Shown here piece by piece: positions 1 to 9,415 of a stretch of 64,000 nt of DNA (position 1 is its first letter; each line of letters opens with the position of its first letter). The notes under the pieces are model-generated. The model worked only from the letters and a program-made list of their open reading frames with translations, was not told the origin of the DNA and did not search any database. The translations under genes and the position numbers were made by a program. Source of the DNA: Oscillospiraceae bacterium (lineage in GTDB: Bacteria > Bacillota > Clostridia > Oscillospirales > UBA929); the NCBI GenBank assembly GCA_031254575.1, contig JAIRUE010000112.1, positions 3,811 to 67,810 of the forward strand, read 5' to 3'.

Positions 1-416
1 CCGCCCTTGACTAGCTTCATCACCCACAGCACCGCGCCGTACAGCATAGACGCAAGCACGCCGTAGACCAGCACCGGCCCCGCGATGACAAACATCTTCG
101 CCGCCATGCCCGCGACCAGACCCTCGCTCTTAAACTCCATCGCGGGCGCGACCATCGAGTTGGAAAATCCGGTGATGGGGACGAGCGTACCCGCGCCCGC
201 CCATTTGGCGACGCTGTCGTAGGCGCGGAAAGCCGTCAGGACGGCGGCCGCGGCGACCAGCGTCATCGAGGCTGTGGCGGACGCCGTTTCCACGGGCAGT
301 CCCAACGCCTTGTACCAGTCGATCAAGCCCTGCCCCAGCACGCAGATAGCCCCCCCGCTCAGCCACGCGAGCGCCGTGTCGCGCGCAAGGCGGCTTGACG
401 GGGCTTTGGATTTCAC
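1..416 (-). CDS. spoVAC: Stage V sporulation protein AC (SpoVAC); C-terminal end runs off the window start
   Basis: Hand translation of the minus strand; the frame is absent from the ORF track because it has no stop in the window. It reads (M)KSKAPSSRLARDTALAWLSGGAICVLGQGLIDWYKALGL...AGAGTLVPITGFSNSMVAPAMEFKSEGLVAGMAAKMFVIAGPVLVYGVLA. From memory this is collinear with B. subtilis SpoVAC (GGLICAIGQGL, VPVTGFANS, EHKSEG). The only in-frame start is GTG at 416. Confidence 0.8.
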   Translation of the reverse strand, partial: MKSKAPSSRLARDTALAWLSGGAICVLGQGLIDWYKALGLPVETASATASMTLVAAAAVLTAFRAYDSVAKWAGAGTLVPITGFSNSMVAPAMEFKSEGLVAGMAAKMFVIAGPVLVYGVLASMLYGAVLWVMKLVKG

Positions 417-502
417 ATATTGCGCGTATTCTTTCTTCGTCATGTTGATCACGGAGCATACCCCCAACAGTTTGTTGGGGGTATTATTGCACGTTTTGCC
501 GT

Positions 503-2593
503 TTATAATCCGCCGGCCGTTTCAAACAGTCTGTTCCACGTTAGCTGGCCGACGATGCCGTCTGGGGTCAGGCCGAACTGGCGCTGGAACGCGATGACGG
601 CGTTGCGGGTGCCGGTGCCGAATACGCTGTCCTCCGCCACGCGCGGAACCGAGGGGTAATTCGCCGCGATCCTGTTGAGAGCTTGCTGGATCGACAGCAC
701 ATAGCCGCCGACAGACCCTTGGGCAATGTAGAAGCCGGGGAAGGGCGGGATACCGGGCGGCGGCGCGGTCCCTCCGCCCGTTCCGCCCGCCTCGCGGATC
801 AGGCGCTCCCATGTGATCGGGCCGACGATGCCGTCGGGGGTCAGGCCGAACTGGCGCTGGAAGGCGGTCACCGCGTTCTGCGTCATGTTGCCGAAGATAC
901 CGTCCACCGTCAGGCGCGGGATGCCGGGGACGGACGCGGCGACCGCGTTGATCGCGTTCTGTATCGTGCGCACGGCTTCGCCTCTGGACCCGTTGCGCAG
1001 CGGAGACCCTGGATACGCCGGCAGCGACGGGTTTGGGGGGACGGGGATCTCGTTTTCGATGCTTCTGAAAACGGAGTACAGCCTGTTCCATGTGGCGGGG
1101 CCGACAATGCCGTCCGGGGTCAGGCCGAACTGGCGCTGGAAGGCGGTAACGGCGTCCCGCGTGCCGGTGCCGAATACGCTGTCGGGAATGACCGTCGGGA
1201 CCATGGGGAAAAACGCCGAAATAAAGTTGATTAAAAACTGTAATTCCGCCACATCCCCGCCGCGCGAACCTATTTGCAGAACCGACGCGGGCGGGGCGGC
1301 TCCGAGGCCGATGCGTTCCCCCTCGCTGCTGAGCTCGGCCAGCTTGGTGACGGCGACATAGATATAGGAGATGCTGAACCAGGTCGCCCTGCCGATAACC
1401 CCGTCGGGGACAAGGTGGAATATTTCCTGATACGCTTTGACGGCGGCGGTCGTGTCGGGACCGAAGGTGCCGTTGGGATTGGCGATCAGCGGGATCAGCG
1501 GGTAGTTGGCCCGTATGCGGTTGAGAAAGCGCTGCATCCGCGCCACGTCCGGCCCGTTGCTGCCTTCGCGGAGCACGGTTCCGGGATAGGATTCGGTGAT
1601 GGACTGAAAATTGTTGCTCTCGACCAGCTCCAGATCGTTCGGATAATACCGGCGCAGGATCTGCAGCGGCGTGAGGCCCTGATTGGCGAGCGTCACGGTG
1701 CCCCACTGCGACATGCCGGGACAGGTGGCGGTGGTGCCGTTGCAAAACTCGGTGAAAAACGGGTTCCGGTGGCCTATGCGCCTTGCGTAGGTGTTGAAGT
1801 ATTGGTCCACAAGCTGGCTGATGTTGGAGAAGATGTCCCGGTTTTCCACAAAGGCCATGTCAAACTGCGTGGAATTTGTGATGTCAAACGGAAATCCGCG
1901 GGAACGGTACCACTCGGTATAGACGCGGTTGAGGGCAAAGGTGACGATGGCGTGGATGTTGGCCAGCAGCGAGGCTTGAGGCCATGTGGGGAAAATTTCA
2001 CTGGAGACGACGTTTTTGATGTACTCCCTGAACGGGACGCGTATGTTGCGCGCCGCCGTGTTGTTGGGCGTGCCCAGATGGACGGTGATGTAATCTGGAA
2101 CGATGACTTCGTTGAGAATATACGGTTCCGGGGGCGGGTCCTGTCCGGCCTGCCCGACATAGGCGGTGACGTATCCGGGCGCGTCGTCTTCGTCCACCGG
2201 GCCCGGCATGAGGCGCTCTCCGGGCATCTCGACGGCGGGCGGGGGGATCTCGAAATGTTCCGGTTGCTGATTGGCAGACGTTGCGGGCATCATATGTACC
2301 GGCAGGAAGGCTTCGATCCCGTCAAAAACGGGAATATTGCTGATGACCGTCGTTACAAATCCGGGTTTGCTGATCGTGACCTCCACCGTATTATAGCGCG
2401 GCCCGGGATCGTTGGGCTCCAGCGTGTGTTCTCTGTCGGGCGCTTCCATGTCGATCTTATTCGTATTGCCGTCCGCGTCGGACATCATGTCCGCCAGTAT
2501 CCGGCCATGCTCACGGATAACAACTCTTACGCCGCTGATCGGCAAGGCGTCGTCAGCCGCGCGGGTCTCAATCATCAGGGTACCCTTTCCCAT
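503..2593 (-). CDS. SleC-like spore cortex-lytic / peptidoglycan-binding protein (N-terminal beta-sandwich, lytic core, 4x PG_binding_1)
   Basis: The track ORF is 503..3058, but its first 155 codons are Arg-rich and overlap the divergent gene region. ATG at 2593 follows GGAAAGGGGAG. The core ITVHLGTPNNTAARNIRVPFREYIKNVVSSEIFPTWP...NRVYTEWYRSRGFPFDIT...CPGMSQWG resembles clostridial SleC-type enzymes. Four C-terminal repeats end in FGLTPDGIVGxxTW. Confidence 0.7.
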   Translation of the reverse strand: MGKGTLMIETRAADDALPISGVRVVIREHGRILADMMSDADGNTNKIDMEAPDREHTLEPNDPGPRYNTVEVTISKPGFVTTVISNIPVFDGIEAFLPVHMMPATSANQQPEHFEIPPPAVEMPGERLMPGPVDEDDAPGYVTAYVGQAGQDPPPEPYILNEVIVPDYITVHLGTPNNTAARNIRVPFREYIKNVVSSEIFPTWPQASLLANIHAIVTFALNRVYTEWYRSRGFPFDITNSTQFDMAFVENRDIFSNISQLVDQYFNTYARRIGHRNPFFTEFCNGTTATCPGMSQWGTVTLANQGLTPLQILRRYYPNDLELVESNNFQSITESYPGTVLREGSNGPDVARMQRFLNRIRANYPLIPLIANPNGTFGPDTTAAVKAYQEIFHLVPDGVIGRATWFSISYIYVAVTKLAELSSEGERIGLGAAPPASVLQIGSRGGDVAELQFLINFISAFFPMVPTVIPDSVFGTGTRDAVTAFQRQFGLTPDGIVGPATWNRLYSVFRSIENEIPVPPNPSLPAYPGSPLRNGSRGEAVRTIQNAINAVAASVPGIPRLTVDGIFGNMTQNAVTAFQRQFGLTPDGIVGPITWERLIREAGGTGGGTAPPPGIPPFPGFYIAQGSVGGYVLSIQQALNRIAANYPSVPRVAEDSVFGTGTRNAVIAFQRQFGLTPDGIVGQLTWNRLFETAGGL

Positions 2594-2707
2594 TGCCGTA
2601 ATTCTCCCCTTTCCGTTTTTATCCCATCCTATTCCGGATGAGTGGTTTATGTGTATCCTCCGGCGTTTTGGTAAAGAATAAACGCAAAAACAGGCGGGGG
2701 TTGTCCG

Positions 2708-4543
2708 ATGAAGAGGTTTTTCGCGTTTTGTCTTCTTTTTTGCATCTTTGCGTCCTGCGCGCGCCCGACGTTCGCGCCGGACCGTCCGCCAAGGCCGGCG
2801 GCCACGCCGGAGGAGCGGGGCAAAGAGGCTTCCTTTACGCTTTTCTGGTATGTAAACGGGAGCGATCTGGAATCGGGCGGCGAGAACAACATAGGCGGCG
2901 CGTTCACCGAAAACCTGCGTGAGATGCTCTCCGCGCTTCCGTCCGACGAACGCTTCCGGGTTCTGATTTTTACAGGGGGAACGCGGGAGTGGAAAACGGA
3001 GGGGTTTTCCCCGGAGCAAAACCAGGTCCATCTCGTCACCGATGAGGGGTTGACGCACGGCCCGGCGCTGCCGGAGGGCAGCGTCGCGGAGTCCAGAACG
3101 CTCGCGGCCTTTTTACGGTATGGCTTGGAAACGTTTCCCGCCGGCCGTTACGGGCTTATCTTCTGGGACCACGGCAGCGGGGTGCCGGTCGGGTTTGGGT
3201 ATGACGAGCTGCGCGAGCCGCGCTATATGGATCTGACCGCGCTTGGGGAAGGGCTGGAAAACGGCCTGCGCGGCGGGCGCCTGGCCTTTATCGGGTTCGA
3301 CACATGCCTGATGGCGACCGTCGAGACGGCGGCAACCTGCGCGCCGTATGCCGACATCCTGATCGCGTCGGAGGAGCTGGAACCGTTCGGCGGCTGGTCG
3401 TATACAGAGCTGATGGGGGCGCTGGGAAAAAACCCGGCTACCGACGCGGAGGAAATCGGGCGCGTTATCGTCAACGCCTATTTTGCCTCGCGCAGGAACG
3501 CGGGGGAGACGCTGACCCTTTCGGTGACCGATTTGCGGAAGCTCGGGCCGGTGATCGGGGCTGTGGATGAAATGGCAGGGGGGATTAAACGGCTGCTGGA
3601 CGAAGAGGGCTTTTTCCACGTATCGCGCATCCGGTCCCGCGTGAAGTATTACGGGGGGCCCAACCAGAGCGTGGACATGATCGACCTCGTACATCTCGCG
3701 CAGCGCCTGCACAGTGAGTACCCGGAAGAGGCGGCGCGCCTGGCCGGCGCCGTGCGGAACTGCGTTCTGATCAACCGGCATACGGCAAGCGCGCCCAATT
3801 CCAACGGGCTTTCGATCTACTTTCCCTATGAAAACGAGGGCGTTTACAAAAATCACCTCGACCTCTATCTGCAATGCGGTTTCTCAGAACCCTATGCCGA
3901 ATTTGTGCGCGATTTCACAACACGGCTGGAACAGGGGGACGCGTCGCTGTATATGGTCGGGCTGAAACCGCAAAAGACGAAAAGCGGCGCGTATACCGCC
4001 CCCATTCCTCCCGAATGGCAAGTCCTGAAAGCCCAGTGGGTGCTGGCCCGGCCGCGGGGTTACGGCGTTTACCTGCTGGTCGGGCTGGACGACGGGGTGA
4101 CGCTGGACGAAACGGAGGGCAGGGCGCTGGGGGTCCCTCCCAAGGTGTGGCTTACCGTCAATAAAACCCCCGCCTTCGCTTACCGCGAAGACGGGTCCGA
4201 CGGGTCCGTACTGTATTCGGTTCCCGCCGAGCTGGACGGGAATAAGGTCAACCTGACCGCTTCCTGTAAGGACGGGCGCTTCACCTTTTTGGGGGCCGTG
4301 CCGGAGGTGAAGGACGGACGCATACCGCTGCCTAAAATGCTTCCGCTTGAAAAAGGCGATACCGTGACGCTGCTGTATCCGAAAATCGACACGCGCCGCC
4401 CCGGGCATAAGGAGGAGTACGGGCGCTCTCCGACGTTTACGGTCGGCGAGCCGATGACGTTCGCCCTCTCGCCCGTTGACGGCGTATGCGGATTTCTGCT
4501 GACCGACTGCTATAACAACGAGTATGTGAGCGACGTGCGGTAG
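2708..4543 (+). CDS. Clostripain-family (C11) cysteine peptidase, probable lipoprotein
   Basis: 611 aa. The N-terminal signal has a lipobox-like LFCIFASC. Sequence context is C11-like: LIFWDHGSG ... FIGFDTCLMATVETA ... SEELEPFGGWSY. Confidence 0.75.
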   Translation: MKRFFAFCLLFCIFASCARPTFAPDRPPRPAATPEERGKEASFTLFWYVNGSDLESGGENNIGGAFTENLREMLSALPSDERFRVLIFTGGTREWKTEGFSPEQNQVHLVTDEGLTHGPALPEGSVAESRTLAAFLRYGLETFPAGRYGLIFWDHGSGVPVGFGYDELREPRYMDLTALGEGLENGLRGGRLAFIGFDTCLMATVETAATCAPYADILIASEELEPFGGWSYTELMGALGKNPATDAEEIGRVIVNAYFASRRNAGETLTLSVTDLRKLGPVIGAVDEMAGGIKRLLDEEGFFHVSRIRSRVKYYGGPNQSVDMIDLVHLAQRLHSEYPEEAARLAGAVRNCVLINRHTASAPNSNGLSIYFPYENEGVYKNHLDLYLQCGFSEPYAEFVRDFTTRLEQGDASLYMVGLKPQKTKSGAYTAPIPPEWQVLKAQWVLARPRGYGVYLLVGLDDGVTLDETEGRALGVPPKVWLTVNKTPAFAYREDGSDGSVLYSVPAELDGNKVNLTASCKDGRFTFLGAVPEVKDGRIPLPKMLPLEKGDTVTLLYPKIDTRRPGHKEEYGRSPTFTVGEPMTFALSPVDGVCGFLLTDCYNNEYVSDVR

Positions 4544-4568
4544 GGGTATGGGGTGCTTAAAACCGGGG

Positions 4569-4602
4569 TAAAAAATCCCCCGCCGTTTTACCGGCGGGGG
4601 AT
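4569..4602 (-). terminator. Rho-independent terminator after the SLH gene (hairpin shared with the convergent C11 gene)
   Basis: The 11-bp stem ATCCCCCGCCG/CGGCGGGGGAT spans 4575-4602. The A6 run on the plus side (4570-4575) gives a U-tract for the minus-strand transcript. Confidence 0.75.
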
Positions 4603-4616
4603 GAATTGCGTAAACC

Positions 4617-7292
4617 CTACATCCGCCCGATAATCAACCGCACCTTATATCCCCACGGGTCGGTGTAGACGTCGAAATAATTGCAGTATACGCGCGCGTC
4701 GGAGAGCGGCATCATCTCGCCGATAGATGGGACGTACACCCCCGTTAAGGCCGAGGCAACCGGCACCTCGTCGCCCTTAAGCGTCACAGACCTGTTGCCG
4801 TTGAAATCCTCCCTCGTCAGTCCGTCGTACCGGATACAGTCCACAAGGCCTGTGACGACGCCCCCGTCGCCGCTGAGGGCGTTGCCCGACGCCAGTCCTA
4901 TGACAGCCCCCTTGCGCGGGGGGGTGAACGAATTGCAAAGGAACCATTCCGAGACGCCGCCTCCGGTGGTGGAAACGCCCGCTACGGTGTAGGAGTACTG
5001 TTCGCCGGACATTGAGGAGCCGCCCTCTTCTTTGCTGTCGGCATAGCCGTAGGCGTACGCGTCGCCGGTCACGTCGTTGAGAACAATAGCGGTCACATAT
5101 CCCGCGGATCCTGTTTCGGCGTGGATGACCTTAGCGGCGGGGACGCGGCCCATAGGGATGTCGGAGAGCGACAGGCGCACGGCGCGCCCCGCGCTGCCCA
5201 CCTGCTCGTAAACGGTACACCACGGCGCGAGCGGGACGGAACCAAGCCTTTTCGCGGTGACGTTGAGATCGCCCCTGCCGCCGCTCTGCGGCTCGAACGG
5301 CGTAAGATAGATCCTGTCGCCGGAGGAGCCTTGAAAATGCCCCACCCAGCCCGTCATCAGCGCGTACGGGCCTGCCGGCTCGCCGCTCAGCGTCAGCGGA
5401 GTCCAGCCGACGAGGACGCCGCTGTTATCCGCCGTGACAAGGCCGATAGTGGTTCCGGCAACCTCACCGGGACCACGCACGTCGGCGATCCGCCACCCGG
5501 ATGCTCCCGTGTCGGGGATCAGCAGGAAAACACAACGCTGTCCGCTGAACTGGGGCATCTTTGCCGTGGCTTCGGGCAGCAGTTCAAATGTCCTGCCCAT
5601 CATGGTGAGAGTGGAGGGCGCCGCGGGGCTGGGCTTGGGATCGGTGTAGTATCCTGAAACGCGCATGCTGTACGCCTCCACGATGCCCGCGCTTTCATAA
5701 AACATCAGGACGTCCCATCTCTCGAGCATATCCCGCTCGGCCGGAAAACCGTTTTTGTAGAGGACCGCGTCCTCGGCGGTCTTGCCGAACGCGCCGGTGA
5801 GCGGGTCGACGCCTTTCACGGGCTGCTTTTCCAGCACCGCGAGTTTGTAGCTGCCGGAACCGCGCGTCAGGGAACGGTAAATATACTGGAGGGTTTTGTT
5901 TTCGTCGTAGGCCAGCAGGAATATTTCGCCGGTGCGGATGTTCTCCCAGACGTCGTCAAACTCGTCCTCCGTCTCCCCCCAAACCGGGAGCTTTTTGGAG
6001 ATGGGGATGAATCCGCCCTTATCGTCAAATAATCCGTTGGACTGTATTCCGGTGACGGTAAGGGAGGCGTATGTGTAGGAGCGGGAGGGGGTAAAGCTGA
6101 CGGCGTACCGTTCGCGGTCGACCAAAAGCCGTCCCCAGCGGCCGCACAGCGCGGCGTCGATCGTCCCCCTGACGGGATAGCGCGCCCCGTCCGGGCCGGC
6201 GGCATAGGTCTGCCCGCCCGACGTCAGCATCCTCAGCACGGTGTTGTACGGCGTGCCGATTTGATTCTCTTTACTGTCGCGCACGATATAGAGCAGCGCG
6301 TTCCCCCGGTAGGCCAGCGTGACGGGTTCCTCCTCCCAGAAGTCGCCCGCCTTGTCATAAGCGCTGCTGGAGCCGCCCCAGTCCCACACCTTAAGCGACG
6401 AGGCCACCGGTATAAACGCGCCGCCCTTGAGCGAGAGGCCGTCCGCCTGGTTCTTCATGACGGTGACCTGCCTGTAGGATACCGTTTGGTCAAGCGCGAC
6501 CGAGAGGATATTATTCCCCTTATCGGCCATCATGGACGCCAGCCTGCCCTTATAGGACTCGTCCAGCGTGCCGCGGTAGGTATAGGTTTTGTCACCGTGG
6601 AAAATCTCGGTGACCCCGCCGTCCGTTTCAAAGACGAGGACGGTTTCAATAGGCTCCGCCTTAAAGGCTTTTTCCATAAAAGTCACGCCGTCGCCGTCCC
6701 TGATTTCGGCAAAGAGGAAGTTATAAATAAGCCTGGCGGCCTCCCCGCGCGTCATCTTATGGTCCGCCCCGAAAGACATGCCCCTGCTGGTGCCCAGCGC
6801 CTCCGCCTTGGCGATATAGCTGTACGGCCAGTTGAGGCCGACATGCTCGTCCTTGTAGCCCAGCAGTTTCATCAGCACGGTGATGAGCTGCCCGTACAGC
6901 ATGGGGTCGTTGGGATGGAACAGCCCGTCGGTGCTGCCGACCATGACGGGGGGCTGATCGTTTATACGCGAGGTGGCGGCGTTGATCCACCTGTGCGCCC
7001 AGTGACTGGCGAGCACGTCGGGGAAGCGCACCGTGCCGCCGTAGACAGAAACGTCGAACGTACCGGAGAGCCGCACGCCGATGACTGCCAGATCGGCGCG
7101 GGTAAACAGCCGGTCCGGGGAATAGTTGGAGCCGCCGGTGCCGCTGACGATCTTGAGCCGGTACAAAAGCTCCGCCGCCTGCCGCGTCGCGGCGTCGGGG
7201 ATGTCGGTAAACGGCCCGGCCGCGCCGGCGGGGGGTATGCCGAAGATGGGGAGCAGGCAGAGTATAAGCAAAAAGCTGACAAACCGTTTCAT
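4617..7292 (-). CDS. SLH (S-layer homology) domain cell-wall protein, 891 aa, remainder unassigned
   Basis: A signal peptide (MKRFVSFLLILCLLPIFGIPPAGAA) is followed by three SLH-like modules (FTDIPD..., FPDVLASHWAHRWINAA, MTRGEAARLIYNFL). The ATG lies 9 nt after the permease stop, and the RBS TAGGAGG contains that stop codon. Confidence 0.8.
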   Translation of the reverse strand: MKRFVSFLLILCLLPIFGIPPAGAAGPFTDIPDAATRQAAELLYRLKIVSGTGGSNYSPDRLFTRADLAVIGVRLSGTFDVSVYGGTVRFPDVLASHWAHRWINAATSRINDQPPVMVGSTDGLFHPNDPMLYGQLITVLMKLLGYKDEHVGLNWPYSYIAKAEALGTSRGMSFGADHKMTRGEAARLIYNFLFAEIRDGDGVTFMEKAFKAEPIETVLVFETDGGVTEIFHGDKTYTYRGTLDESYKGRLASMMADKGNNILSVALDQTVSYRQVTVMKNQADGLSLKGGAFIPVASSLKVWDWGGSSSAYDKAGDFWEEEPVTLAYRGNALLYIVRDSKENQIGTPYNTVLRMLTSGGQTYAAGPDGARYPVRGTIDAALCGRWGRLLVDRERYAVSFTPSRSYTYASLTVTGIQSNGLFDDKGGFIPISKKLPVWGETEDEFDDVWENIRTGEIFLLAYDENKTLQYIYRSLTRGSGSYKLAVLEKQPVKGVDPLTGAFGKTAEDAVLYKNGFPAERDMLERWDVLMFYESAGIVEAYSMRVSGYYTDPKPSPAAPSTLTMMGRTFELLPEATAKMPQFSGQRCVFLLIPDTGASGWRIADVRGPGEVAGTTIGLVTADNSGVLVGWTPLTLSGEPAGPYALMTGWVGHFQGSSGDRIYLTPFEPQSGGRGDLNVTAKRLGSVPLAPWCTVYEQVGSAGRAVRLSLSDIPMGRVPAAKVIHAETGSAGYVTAIVLNDVTGDAYAYGYADSKEEGGSSMSGEQYSYTVAGVSTTGGGVSEWFLCNSFTPPRKGAVIGLASGNALSGDGGVVTGLVDCIRYDGLTREDFNGNRSVTLKGDEVPVASALTGVYVPSIGEMMPLSDARVYCNYFDVYTDPWGYKVRLIIGRM

Positions 7293-7301
7293 AATTTCCT
7301 C

Positions 7302-8582
7302 CTATTCCGTTCTCAGCGCGTCCACAGGCTGAAGCGACGCGGCCTTGATAGCCGGGTAGATACCGAAGATGATCCCCATCGCCAGAGAACCGGAGAACGC
7401 CACGAAGGTGATCGGCAGGTCGGGCTGCGCGATGAGGTCGTATTGCATTTTGCCCCAGTAGAGGGTCACGGTGAACCCGGCGATCACGCCCAGCAGGCCG
7501 CCCGCGCCGGACAGGATCGCCGCCTCGATGAGGAACTGCGTGACGATGGTGCGGCGCGGCGCGCCGATGGCCTTGCGCACGCCGATCTCGCGCGTCCGCT
7601 CGGTCACCGTCACCAGCATGATGTTCATGATGCCGATGCCGCCGACAAAGAGGGAGATGGCGGCGATCAGCGTCAGAAAGCGCGTCTGCTGCTGCTCCGC
7701 GGCGTCCATGTCGTCATACCACTGAAAGTTGCTCCAGACATTGTAGCTGCCGTTGAAGCTGTTCCAGTCTATAAAGCCCATACCGTCGTAGTTGTTCCAG
7801 TCCATCTGTGTAATCATGGTGCCGAGGAAGTCGTTGAGCAGCTCCACCACCTCGCGGGCGGCGTTGGGGTCAAATACCTTGATCATATATTCGTTGATGG
7901 TCATCTCCGGGTTTATGTAGCGCGAGGCGGTGTAGGGGACGACCATCATATTGTCTTCGGAGTACATCAAAAAATCCTCGTCGCTGTAATAATCCGGCTT
8001 TTTCATCCGCTCGCGGTAGACGCCGACGATGGTGAACGGTATATTCTTAATATAAACGGTTTCACCGAGGGGGTCGCGGTAGGAGAAAAGCCTGTCGCGC
8101 ACCATCGAGCCGATGACCACCACCTGATTGCCCCGCTCGATGTCCATATAGGTGAGATCCCGCCCGGAATCCAGCTCATACTGCTGCACATAGGAGAATT
8201 GCTCGCTGCCGTAGTAGATCTGGCGCACTTCCATGTCCCGGTCGCTCCAGCTGGCGGAAGCCCGCCACTCGCTGGCGCTGGGCGTGATCCCCTCCGTCAG
8301 GTCGGCCAGGTCGTTGTTGATATAGGCGTTCAGCTCCCGCGCGATGACCGAGTTGGGGGTGGCGCCCGCCATATACTCGTAGCTGTAAAAATACACCTGA
8401 ACCATATTCTCGCTCAGTTTCCGCCACAGGTCCATATTGGCGGCGTTCTGCGCCTTGGTGACGCTGACCAGCGCGATGACCGCCGTGACGCCGATGGCGG
8501 TGCCGAGCATGGTGAGGAAAGTGCGCCCCTTTTTGGCCAGAAGGGTCTGAAACGCCATGCGGACCGACTGCCAGAACTTCAT
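7302..8582 (-). CDS. MacB/FtsX-family ABC transporter permease
   Basis: 426 aa with an N-terminal TM segment (GRTFLTMLGTAIGVTAVIALVSV), a large extracytoplasmic domain and a C-terminal FtsX block (TERTREIGVRKAIGA...). The start overlaps the ATPase stop. Confidence 0.85.
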   Translation of the reverse strand: MKFWQSVRMAFQTLLAKKGRTFLTMLGTAIGVTAVIALVSVTKAQNAANMDLWRKLSENMVQVYFYSYEYMAGATPNSVIARELNAYINNDLADLTEGITPSASEWRASASWSDRDMEVRQIYYGSEQFSYVQQYELDSGRDLTYMDIERGNQVVVIGSMVRDRLFSYRDPLGETVYIKNIPFTIVGVYRERMKKPDYYSDEDFLMYSEDNMMVVPYTASRYINPEMTINEYMIKVFDPNAAREVVELLNDFLGTMITQMDWNNYDGMGFIDWNSFNGSYNVWSNFQWYDDMDAAEQQQTRFLTLIAAISLFVGGIGIMNIMLVTVTERTREIGVRKAIGAPRRTIVTQFLIEAAILSGAGGLLGVIAGFTVTLYWGKMQYDLIAQPDLPITFVAFSGSLAMGIIFGIYPAIKAASLQPVDALRTE

Positions 8583-9415
8583 AAGGCGCTTCCTCCTGCT
8601 TCCGGGGAACGGGCGTTTTGTCCGGACCCGCTCTCCCCGTGGGTAGAAATCTGGGAAGGAGGCCCGTTCCCGCCCGCGAAAGCGGCCCGCGGGCCCGCGT
8701 CGGCATCGATAAGCCCGGTGTCCTCCACGATCCGCCCGTCCTTGATCCGGACATTCCGCCTGGCCATCTGCGCGACCGCCGGGTCGTGGGTGATCAGGAC
8801 GATGGTGGTGCCGGCGGTGTTCAGGGCGTCGAGTATCTGTATGACATGCTCGCCGGTGCGGGAGTCGAGATTGCCGGTCGGCTCGTCGGCCAGAATGATG
8901 TTGGGATTGGTCGCCAGCGCCCGCGCGATGGCGACGCGCTGCTGCTGTCCGCCCGACATCTGCCCCGGCTTGTGGTCCATCCGCTCATAGAGCCCCACCC
9001 TGTCAAGCGCGTCCATCGCCATCTGGCGGCGCTTCGAGCCGTGGACGCCCTGATATATCAGCGGCAGCTCCACATTCTCCAGCGCCGTCAGCCCGCTCAG
9101 GAGGTTGAAGCCCTGAAAGATAAACCCGATCTGCTCGTTGCGGACCTGGGCCAGCTCATAGTCGTACAAATTACAGACGTTCTCGCCGTTGAGGTAGTAA
9201 TCCCCGTAGGTGGGGATGTCGAGGCAGCCCAGAATGTTCATCAGCGTCGATTTGCCGGAGCCGGACGCGCCGACAATGGCGATATACTCGCCCTGCGACA
9301 CCGACAGCGACACGCCGTCAAGGGCGCGCACCTCGCTCTCGTGGCCTTCGTTGTAAATCTTATAGATGTTGTACAGCTCGATCAGAGCTCCCGTCAAGTT
9401 CCCCATCCCGCTCAC
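8579..9415 (-). CDS. ABC transporter ATP-binding protein (MacB/LolD-type) with low-complexity C-terminal tail
   Basis: Walker A is GASGSGKST, the signature is SGGQQQR and Walker B is ILADEPT. The GTG start overlaps the adaptor stop (GTGA). The last ~50 aa are Gly/Ser/Pro/Ala-rich. Confidence 0.9.
   Translation of the reverse strand: MSGMGNLTGALIELYNIYKIYNEGHESEVRALDGVSLSVSQGEYIAIVGASGSGKSTLMNILGCLDIPTYGDYYLNGENVCNLYDYELAQVRNEQIGFIFQGFNLLSGLTALENVELPLIYQGVHGSKRRQMAMDALDRVGLYERMDHKPGQMSGGQQQRVAIARALATNPNIILADEPTGNLDSRTGEHVIQILDALNTAGTTIVLITHDPAVAQMARRNVRIKDGRIVEDTGLIDADAGPRAAFAGGNGPPSQISTHGESGSGQNARSPEAGGSAL

Noticed and set aside
130-459. 109-aa minus-strand ORF from the track
   Set aside because: It is the +1 shadow frame of spoVAC. 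The product is Arg/Gly-rich with no motif, whereas the adjacent frame gives a clean SpoVAC sequence.
6261-8990. 909-aa plus-strand ORF, and similar long ORFs at 1274-2641, 10219-11871, 12877-14409, 20542-21969, 34261-36825, 51250-52911 and 61637-63142
   Set aside because: All are antisense to genes with unmistakable family motifs (MacB, fusA, polC, mutS2, paaK and others). Their products are R/G/A/P/H-rich low-complexity sequence, typical of stop-poor shadow frames in high-GC DNA.
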